Shown here: one piece after another, positions 28,809 through 35,587 of the stretch | How the letters are laid out: every line of letters starts with the position of its first letter | How positions within the stretch are numbered: the first letter of the stretch is position 1 | Assembly (NCBI GenBank): GCA_016214655.1 | Contig: JACROC010000007.1 | Span: 14,785-78,784, forward strand | Reading direction: 5' to 3' | Length of the DNA: 64,000 nt | From: Candidatus Harrisonbacteria bacterium | Lineage (GTDB): Bacteria > Patescibacteriota > Minisyncoccia > UBA6257 > 02-FULL-45-10c | Made by a program: the position numbers and the translations under genes | Notes under the pieces: generated by a model | Told to the model about the DNA's origin: nothing | What the model saw: the letters and a program-made list of their open reading frames with translations, nothing else | Databases searched by the model: none

Positions 28809-29609
28809 CTATACTGAAAGTTTCATAACTTTATCAACAAATCTCCACCAATCATCATCTGAAGAAATCACGTCCCAAAAAACCTCCAAGTCCCTTTCCG
28901 TGTATTCCGAAAAGTGCTTTTTGGAAAATCTCTGTCGGCGGTATCGCTGATTAAAGTCGCCCAAAAGAAAATTATACTTCGACTTCGGCCCCTCAATACA
29001 ATTTGATTTCGTAATCGACTCAAGAAATTTTCTCCACCAATCCGAAACTAGAGATACCATACCGCCCCTTAATTCCTTTACCATTTCTTCTGCTAAAATA
29101 GATAATAATTGACGAGATGATTGCGTAAGGCCCTTGCATCCGATATATGCTAAACAAATCGCTGGACGATCATCTTTTAATCGACAACCACCTGGTCCTA
29201 AAAAAACACATTTGCTTCGAGGCTTACCTTCTAAATTTGCCACGCTTTCCTTTGTGTTTTCTGTACACAACCACTCCAAGTCTGGTTCCGGAAATTTGAA
29301 TTTAGGGTTTTTTAAAAGAAGATAAAAGATGTCATGGGCTTTGATCGGCGGATAATTCTGATAACAACATGAACATTCGCCCTCTTGATGTATTTGGGAT
29401 GAGAAGTCGGTCTGTTTAGAAAATATCTCCAAGTGCCTCTTGCGGTAGTTATCTATTCTTTCAATTTCTGGCAGAGGAGGCGGGTTTACTTTTTGAATCA
29501 ATATTCTAGCGAAATCAGCAAATTTATTTAAATTTTCAACGATCTTCCGATAATCAGGCGGATTTGCTTCTAAATACACCCTACCCCCAATCTGCAGATT
29601 TTGAATCAA
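28809..29609 (-). CDS. YkgJ-like cysteine-cluster protein
   Basis: GECSCC, CVFLGPGGC.L..DRPAICLAY. Confidence 0.65.
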   Translation of the reverse strand: MIQNLQIGGRVYLEANPPDYRKIVENLNKFADFARILIQKVNPPPLPEIERIDNYRKRHLEIFSKQTDFSSQIHQEGECSCCYQNYPPIKAHDIFYLLLKNPKFKFPEPDLEWLCTENTKESVANLEGKPRSKCVFLGPGGCRLKDDRPAICLAYIGCKGLTQSSRQLLSILAEEMVKELRGGMVSLVSDWWRKFLESITKSNCIEGPKSKYNFLLGDFNQRYRRQRFSKKHFSEYTERDLEVFWDVISSDDDWWRFVDKVMKLSV

Positions 29610-29640
29610 TATTAATGAAAAAATTAGAAAAAGTCAAATA

Positions 29641-29673
29641 AATCTGGGTCGTCTAGTAAGTGATGTGAGGTCC
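29641..29673 (+). repeat. att-like cassette repeat (family C)
   Basis: AATCTGGGTCGTCTAGTAAGTGATGTGAGGTCC. Confidence 0.7.
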
Positions 29674-29845
29674 CGCGCGAATCTATTTAACGGGCTTATA
29701 AAGTGGAGTTCCTAAAGCCTAATTTTTATCTTGTTGATGCCCTCTACCATTTTTTAATATATATCCTTCAGAAAATAGGTTAAGATTTTCTAGTCAAATC
29801 TTGTGCGATAAAAAATCCGCTCGTTCACGAGCGGATTTGGTTTGG

Positions 29846-30247
29846 CTAACAAGGATTGAAAACTGACCCGGCAATCACTTCTCCGATGGCCATTAAAAGA
29901 AAACCTTCGAAGAAACCTCCTCCAAATATGAAAAAGCTTATTGGAATACCACCAAAAAATAAAATTAATCCTAGAATTCCCATGTATAACCGTATCTGTG
30001 ACGCTGCCTCCGCCAACTTCTTCTGACCAACACAAGCCTTTAGGGCAATCGAATATTTCCAAATCAGTATCATAATAAAAACAGCCAGCGACATAGAAAA
30101 TAAAACAATAACAGTCTCGGCCCAGCTAATAGGCAGAAGGAAAATCAACAGGGCGCCAGCCGGACACACTAGCGTGATTAAAACTGATAAAAAATATAGC
30201 TGTGCTAAATGCTTAGCGGATTTTAGAAATGCTCTCATCGACTTCAT
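29846..30247 (-). CDS. hypothetical membrane protein (tRNA-proximal cassette)
   Basis: about 4 TM; leader ATCAGCAGTTAACGTTCTTTGAAAAGGGGG directly after the tRNA-His 3' end. Confidence 0.65.
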   Translation of the reverse strand: MKSMRAFLKSAKHLAQLYFLSVLITLVCPAGALLIFLLPISWAETVIVLFSMSLAVFIMILIWKYSIALKACVGQKKLAEAASQIRLYMGILGLILFFGGIPISFFIFGGGFFEGFLLMAIGEVIAGSVFNPC

Positions 30248-30319
30248 TTTTGCCCCCCTTTTCAAAGAACGTTAACTGCTGATGAATATCATATCAGGAA
30301 ATAAGAATAAAGTTAAATC

Positions 30320-30393
30320 TGGGTGCCTAGAGAGAATCGAACTCTCGCTACCTCTGCCACAGAGAGGAGTTCTACCATTAAACTATAGGCACC
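30320..30393 (-). tRNA. tRNA-His (GTG)
   Basis: G-1 GTGCCTA..TAGGCAC-C; anticodon arm CCTCT CT-GTG-GC AGAGG; T loop GTTCGATT. Confidence 0.95.
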
Positions 30394-30544
30394 ATATCTT
30401 TCTGACATCTGACAAATAAGACGCAACACATGACAGATGACTACTAACAATTTACATTTTTTTTTAAAAAAAGTCTAGAAATACGAAAGCCCCAACTGCT
30501 GTTGGGGCCACCTGCGAGGACCGCAGGATTTGGAGGGAACTGAG

Positions 30545-30856
30545 TCAGACGACCGCGAGCATCGTGGGGCGATCGGGGATCGCCTTGAAGAAGCCATGGC
30601 CACGGAGGTCCACCCCGTAGTACTTGGCGATCTTCTTGAGCACGCGCCGGCTGACCTTCCGCGGGAAGCGCGCCGCGATCTCATCGCGGACGAACAGTGC
30701 CTGCTCATGGCCGGTGAGCTGCTCCGGCAGCGGCGAGAGCTGCAACCGCACCATGAGCGGCGGCAGCGGCACGATGACGACCGGCTCCTCCACCTTCTTC
30801 CCCTTGGAGATACGAAGGAGATCCAGCAAGCTGCGGCTGATGCTCTTGAGGTTCAT
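30545..30856 (-). CDS. GC-rich hypothetical protein
   Basis: SD GGGGTGGAG before ATG at 30856, GC-ending codons, downstream hairpins. Confidence 0.55.
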   Translation of the reverse strand: MNLKSISRSLLDLLRISKGKKVEEPVVIVPLPPLMVRLQLSPLPEQLTGHEQALFVRDEIAARFPRKVSRRVLKKIAKYYGVDLRGHGFFKAIPDRPTMLAVV

Positions 30857-30978
30857 GACTCCACCCCCTCTTAACATTCTTGAGACATTACTGTCTCACA
30901 TCAAAGTACTGATGCCACAATGGATTATTCATCCACCGTAACAATATAAATATAGCATACTTTAATAATTCTGTCAAG

Positions 30979-31042
30979 TGGTCGGACTGCTGGGAATTTC
31001 GCTGCGCTTTTGGCTGGATAGCCCAAAAGCTTGCCGAACCCT
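30979..31042 (-). repeat. duplicated tRNA-Pro 3' end (att-like) with hairpin inserted in the T loop
   Basis: GTCGGACTGCTGGGAAT occurs at about 30981 and about 31186. Confidence 0.7.
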
Positions 31043-31186
31043 TCCGCCTCACCCCGACCCCCGCTTAAGACACCTTCGGTTTCTTACGTCGCTTACGCTC
31101 CTATCTTCCTGATACGGGGTGAGGCTAGTTCGATTCCTAAAACAAAAAATAATAAAAACCGAAATTAATTCGGTTTTTATTATTTG

Positions 31187-31257
31187 TCGGACTGCTGGGA
31201 ATCGAACCCAGGCCATATGCTCCCAAAGCATATATACTACCATTATACTACAGTCCG
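31187..31257 (-). tRNA. tRNA-Pro (TGG)
   Basis: CGGACTG..CAGTCCG-A; TATGC TT-TGG-GA GCATA; GGTTCGATTCC. Confidence 0.95.
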
Positions 31258-31313
31258 AATGTACAAATCGTACTATTTTTAAATCGAAAAATCAAAAGTC
31301 CCGTTTTCCGGGA

Positions 31314-31940
31314 CTAATTATTTAAAAGCTTAATTCCACTCAGCGCAGTCTGAATTGCCAGAAATACAGTAATAGCAGCGAAGACTAAAGATAAAATCGG
31401 ATCGATTAAATTCCAACCCGGTTTTAATATTAAAACCAACCCAGCCAATATCACCACTAACGACTGGCCCAAGTCTACGCCAATATGCCTCATCAGAGCA
31501 GTTTTGGTTATATTCGGCTCTACTATTTTAAAAATGAAAATCATAGATAATCCATTAGCCACAGCCCCGGGAATTGCGAACAGAAGCAATAGGTGACTTT
31601 TAACCGCTATCGGATCAACCATTCTTTCGCCGGCTTCCCTGAAAATCAACGCCGCAGTGGCAAGTAGAATTAAACAACTAATAAAGCTACTGAAAGCCCT
31701 GACTCTCTTTCCGGCGTAATTTTTGGTAGCCACCATCCAAGCAGTCCAAATTGCCAAGAGATGCCCTAAGGAATCTATAAAGACATGAAAGGTATCAGCT
31801 AATAAAGCTACGCTCCCGGAGAGATAGGCGCCGATTAACTGAAAAAAGAAGATCGCTATGCCGATACTAAACGCAATCCAATAAGCTTTCATCTCGCACC
31901 GGCATTCGCCGTTAGAATGACTAAAATGCAGCGGCGACAT
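31314..31940 (-). CDS. cation diffusion facilitator (CzcD/ZitB-like, TM domain only)
   Basis: SGSVALLADTFHVFID, HIGVDLG, IDPILS. Confidence 0.85.
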   Translation of the reverse strand: MSPLHFSHSNGECRCEMKAYWIAFSIGIAIFFFQLIGAYLSGSVALLADTFHVFIDSLGHLLAIWTAWMVATKNYAGKRVRAFSSFISCLILLATAALIFREAGERMVDPIAVKSHLLLLFAIPGAVANGLSMIFIFKIVEPNITKTALMRHIGVDLGQSLVVILAGLVLILKPGWNLIDPILSLVFAAITVFLAIQTALSGIKLLNN

Positions 31941-32019
31941 TGCCCCTCCGCATTTTTCTTGTTATATATTTATTAAAGCTTCTGCTTACATAGTAAAAGA
32001 ATTATAATAAGCAGTCTAT

Positions 32020-32091
32020 GCCCTCGTAGCTTAATGGATAAAGCAGGACTCTTCTAAGGTCTTGATGGGGGTCCGATTCCCTCCGAGGGCA
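32020..32091 (+). tRNA. tRNA-Arg (TCT)
   Basis: GCCCTCG..CGAGGGC-A; CT-TCT-AA loop; atypical T loop TCCGATT. Confidence 0.88.
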
Positions 32092-32118
32092 CAAAATAAA
32101 AAATAAGGCTCAATCGCC

Positions 32119-32775
32119 TTATTTTTTTGTTTGTTCAGAGACTAACTTTTTGATAACTACTCCAATATCTTTTTGAGATTTCCACATCTCGCGTATTTGG
32201 GCACGCATTTTTTGATGTTGAGGATATCCGATATCTGCCCCTCCGTTCATCAGATCGGAAAATTCAAGATTGAGTAGTTCCGTCAATGATTCCTTGATAT
32301 CGTTGTAAACTAATTTAGAAAGTCCCTTGTCCAACAACTCTTTTCCGAATATATACCAAGTGTAAAAATGCAACAGTTCATGCATTATCGTGTTAGTGGA
32401 AAATTCCGAGCCGATTTTAACAAAAAAATAACTTTTCACGGTATTGTAAGTGCAACGCTCGTTATGCGTCAGATAAATAGTAATAACCGGGACAGTATAA
32501 GAAATCCCAAATATTTTTCCCATTCGTTCAATGAAAATCGGTTCGGCAATTTTCCATCTTTCTTCTATAGCGACAATTTCTTTATTCACGTCAAAGCCGC
32601 TTTCCTTGTCTCGTTCTTGAATAAAAGCTTTGACTTTTTCTGCTTCAAAATTATCGCCGTACTTTTCGGTAAATAAATTTTGAAACTTTGTTGGTTTCTT
32701 GCTGTTTATTGCTTTTGTTCCGTTTATGGTGTTTTCAACATCTTTATCTACGTCGTAAGCAAAATATAATTTCAT
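32119..32775 (-). CDS. hypothetical protein with HExxH zinc motif
   Basis: IMHELLHF and downstream KESLT, GYPQH. Confidence 0.7.
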   Translation of the reverse strand: MKLYFAYDVDKDVENTINGTKAINSKKPTKFQNLFTEKYGDNFEAEKVKAFIQERDKESGFDVNKEIVAIEERWKIAEPIFIERMGKIFGISYTVPVITIYLTHNERCTYNTVKSYFFVKIGSEFSTNTIMHELLHFYTWYIFGKELLDKGLSKLVYNDIKESLTELLNLEFSDLMNGGADIGYPQHQKMRAQIREMWKSQKDIGVVIKKLVSEQTKK

Positions 32776-32784
32776 AAATTTGTT

Positions 32785-33159
32785 TCAAAATTCTAGCTTT
32801 CTACCTTTGTATTTAAAGGCTTCTTTTAAAAATTTATCTCCGTCTTTTGTGCCGTGTTCAATCATATGACAATTTGCACAAAGCAACATACATTTTTGTA
32901 GCTCAGATTTTATAGAATCCCAGCTTTTATTCGCTACATTGCCAATAGTAAATTCTTTTTCTCGTGGATTCTTGTGATGGAATTGCAATGCCGCTTGATT
33001 GCCACTCCAGTCACATTTTATACATTTATTCCCTAAGTATCTAATCGCGGCTGCCTTAGCTCGAAACCGCCTTATTTTCGTATTACACGATCCGCACCTG
33101 CTTCTTCCCTTTTTTTGATAATCTTTAAATTCATTGCAGCACAATTTACAAATTTCCAT
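32785..33159 (-). CDS. HNH endonuclease with zinc-finger Cys pairs
   Basis: CxxC pairs, LQFHH..P, LLCANCH..EH. Confidence 0.85.
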   Translation of the reverse strand: MEICKLCCNEFKDYQKKGRSRCGSCNTKIRRFRAKAAAIRYLGNKCIKCDWSGNQAALQFHHKNPREKEFTIGNVANKSWDSIKSELQKCMLLCANCHMIEHGTKDGDKFLKEAFKYKGRKLEF

Positions 33160-33244
33160 ATATTTCTAGTATAGCATATATTGTTCTACCGAGATAATTA
33201 ATTATTGCAATTCTTTTTATTCTTAGTAATATATTAAATATGAT

Positions 33245-33543
33245 GCCGCGGTAGCTCAGTGGTAGAGCGCAGCCCTAAATTCTTTGGGGCTTTCCATTGT
33301 AAAATGGATTGAAAAATCAGGTGAATTCGGGGAAAACTTTAATCGAGAGATTAAAACAATCCCGAGCCAAGCCGACACACATAATAATTTATGTGCGCGG
33401 AAGGTGTAGAGACTATCCCTTTATGGGAGTAGTCCCGCTCTGCGGGACGAAGCGCCTGACACCCATTAAATAATTGGGTGATGATATAGTCCAAATAGCT
33501 TCGGAAGAGGCTGGCGTCGAGTGTTCGATTCACTCCCGCGGCA
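33245..33543 (+). tRNA. tRNA-Phe (GAA) interrupted by a group I intron (exons 33245-33276 and 33504-33543)
   Basis: spliced sequence gives GCCGCGG..CCGCGGC-A and CAGCC CT^GAA GA GGCTG. Confidence 0.92.
33277..33503 (+). ncRNA. group I self-splicing intron (227 nt, no ORF)
   Basis: follows U33; P1 GCCCU/GGGGC; GAATTCGGGGAAA, AATCCCGAGCCAAG, GTAGAGACTA, GATATAGTCC core elements; terminal G. Confidence 0.9.
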
Positions 33544-33629
33544 CACTTGACAAAATAAATATAGTATGCTATATTATATTTTATACGCTGTAGAACCTTG
33601 AAAACAACCAAACCTACCAATTTCCGGCC

Positions 33630-33880
33630 TCCGGCCACCCTAAATAAGGGTCGCCTGGTGCCGGGAGACGAGACGTGCATCCCCGAAGTGCTTCGATGAG
33701 GAGGCGCCAATGCACTGGCCGTAGCGCTGCCCCTTCCCAGAATGCTGGGGTGGCTAAAAACTGCTTCGGGTGGGAAGGGAGCCTGCTAAACACGAGGAAA
33801 AACCTTGTGTGGGAGGAAAAATGGACTGGCCCTAGTAAGGCCTAAGTAAAAAATGCCAGCCTATAACTCGGCTGGCACCC
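33630..33880 (+). ncRNA. candidate structured ncRNA or long leader, family unknown
   Basis: upstream TTGACA/TATATT promoter; several helices (GTGCAT/ATGCAC, CCCTTCCCA/TGGGAAGGG, ACACGAGG/CCTTGTGT, TGCCAGCC/GGCTGGCA). Confidence 0.5.
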
Positions 33881-33913
33881 TTTGACTGAAAATCAACAGC
33901 CGACGGAGGATAC

Positions 33914-34201
33914 TTGCGCCAACCAAGAATCACGGAAGAATGGGACCTGCGGGTCATCGATGATCCCCAATTCCTCTGCGTTCCGAGAGAAGAATTGGAA
34001 GACGAGGAACTGGGAGCGCGAAACCAACGGCAACCGCAGGACTATATCCCCCTTGAGTTGATCTCTGGGGAGAATATCGATGGATGCTGCCGCTGGCTAG
34101 TCTCGGACAACGCCCGGTACGGAGCGCGGGATCCACTGGAGATCCTACTTCGGAGAGAAGCGCGCCGCGAAAGAAGGAAACAGAAGCAACACCGTCCATA
34201 A
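33914..34201 (+). CDS. hypothetical protein
   Basis: SD GGAGG then TTG start, 95 aa. Confidence 0.5.
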   Translation: MRQPRITEEWDLRVIDDPQFLCVPREELEDEELGARNQRQPQDYIPLELISGENIDGCCRWLVSDNARYGARDPLEILLRREARRERRKQKQHRP

Positions 34202-34215
34202 CTCCTGCTTAGAAT

Positions 34216-34298
34216 GGGCTGGTGGCGGAATGGCAGACGCGGGGGACTTAAAATCCCCTGTCCGTAGGGACATATGGGTTCGACTCCCATCCTGCCCA
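34216..34298 (+). tRNA. tRNA-Leu (TAA)
   Basis: GGGGA CT-TAA-AA TCCCC, long variable arm, one T:T acceptor mismatch. Confidence 0.9.
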
Positions 34299-34337
34299 TT
34301 GTAGGCAGAAACGATCAGCGGCTGATCTAAAATGCCG

Positions 34338-34369
34338 AACCCCGACAGAAATGTCGGGGTCATTTTTTA
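34338..34369 (+). terminator. intrinsic terminator
   Basis: ACCCCGACA-GAAA-TGTCGGGGT followed by T-run. Confidence 0.8.
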
Positions 34370-34380
34370 TGAGATTATTA

Positions 34381-34980
34381 TTAAGATGAGTTTCGGACTA
34401 AATCGTCAAAAAGTTTCATTTTTTGGTTATATAAATCATTTAATTTATTAATCTCTTTAGTCTCTCCGTTCATTGTTTCTATTAATGCCTGAACGCTGGT
34501 ATTGTCTTTAAGATCCCCGGAAAATTTCAAAACCAGGGTTTGAAGCAAGCTGTTAAGAACATCATTATAGACTATCAGATGAGTTATAAGCGATACCTCG
34601 TGGCCAACCGCTTCCATTACAACATTTCTCGCTTTTACCGGTTTAATACCGGCCGCCGAGCGGGCCATCTTATCTAATTCGGCGGTAAGGCTGATAGCTT
34701 TTTTCCGGGATTCTTGGGCTTGATCAAGTTCTGCCCTAACCAATTCCAATGCCTTGTTAAATCGGTTACGCCGATCTGCCTCGGAAATTTCACTCAATCT
34801 AGCAAGAGATTCTTCCGCGGATTTTACAATATCCTTAGCAATTAATGCCCCCTGCCTTCTGGCCTCTGTAAAATTATCCGGCACAAAACCTATGCCGATC
34901 AAATAATAACCGGTAAAATAAAACGCTACAATAAGAAGCGCCAATGTGACTGTTCTTTTCATACTCTTTCTTAAAGTCAT
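34381..34980 (-). CDS. membrane-anchored helical hypothetical protein
   Basis: N-terminal TM, coiled-coil-like remainder. Confidence 0.7.
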   Translation of the reverse strand: MTLRKSMKRTVTLALLIVAFYFTGYYLIGIGFVPDNFTEARRQGALIAKDIVKSAEESLARLSEISEADRRNRFNKALELVRAELDQAQESRKKAISLTAELDKMARSAAGIKPVKARNVVMEAVGHEVSLITHLIVYNDVLNSLLQTLVLKFSGDLKDNTSVQALIETMNGETKEINKLNDLYNQKMKLFDDLVRNSS

Positions 34981-35069
34981 TTAATCCATTATAAGCCCGG
35001 AAAAGGGGTTTTGAAAAGGCCTTTATTTATTAAAAAATTTTGGATATAATAAATTCTAATCTCACAAAA

Positions 35070-35144
35070 GCGGGTATCGTATAGCGGCTATTATGTCACC
35101 CTTCCAAGGTGAAGATGCGGGTTCGACTCCCGCTACCCGCTCCA
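35070..35144 (+). tRNA. tRNA-Gly (TCC)
   Basis: GCGGGTA..TACCCGC-TCCA; TCACC CT-TCC-AA GGTGA. Confidence 0.95.
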
Positions 35145-35164
35145 GCTAATCAATTTTAATAATT

Positions 35165-35446
35165 ATGGCTAACGACAAACTCCATAGAAAATCAATAACT
35201 GCTGTATTCTTTTTGATGGCAGCTGGAATTTCCCTATTTCTCTATACTCCGAAAAGAAATTCTGGCGGCTTTGTTGAAGAAGCGCGGCCAAAAGCCAACC
35301 TAGCCAACATCCAAGAACAGCTGCAGGGGCCAGCTTCTCCGGCCCTCGAGGGATTCAAGAATCTATCAAAAGAAGCCGAGGGTGTATATTCAGAAACAAC
35401 GGAAACCGGAAGCCCAGCCGACCAACTCTTGCCTCAGGTAGAATAA
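35165..35446 (+). CDS. hypothetical membrane-anchored protein
   Basis: 93 aa, N-terminal TM. Confidence 0.55.
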   Translation: MANDKLHRKSITAVFFLMAAGISLFLYTPKRNSGGFVEEARPKANLANIQEQLQGPASPALEGFKNLSKEAEGVYSETTETGSPADQLLPQVE

Positions 35447-35587
35447 TCTTGTATAATATATAAAAATATGGAAATCCGTGCCAAATCTGGTACGGATTTT
35501 AAATTTTATCATTATAGTGAGATATAATGGTAATAGAGGACGGGAAAAATGTGGCATGAAATAGATTCTCCCGTCATTCGTTCTATT

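Larger units (their letters stand above)
4752..30325 (-). mobile_element. tRNA-His-anchored array of accessory gene cassettes delimited by att-like repeats (no integrase in window)
   Basis: more than 20 co-oriented degenerate repeats sharing the tRNA-His 3'-end core, separating units of a few genes with shared promoter/terminator modules; left boundary uncertain. Confidence 0.7.

Noticed and set aside
9297-29673. CRISPR array interpretation of the recurring repeats
   Set aside because: Spacing ranges from a few hundred bp to about 3 kb, the intervals contain whole genes, the repeats are degenerate and non-palindromic, and no cas genes are present.
9297-29673. Classical integron attC sites (GTTAGAA resembles GTTRRRY)
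   Set aside because: No inverse RYYYAAC core or attC-type palindrome is visible, no intI lies in the window, cassettes carry their own promoters, and the core matches a tRNA end.
33351-33710. 119-aa minus-strand ORF, and similar ORFs over tRNAs (31049-31325, 34042-34363, 45461-45809)
   Set aside because: These are shadow frames over RNA genes or the intron, with no coding signals.
33630-33900. RNase P, SRP or group II intron identity for the structured RNA
   Set aside because: It lacks GAGGAAAGTCC/P4 elements, the SRP GGAA-loop motif and a recognisable domain V; GAGGAAAAA is only a superficial match.
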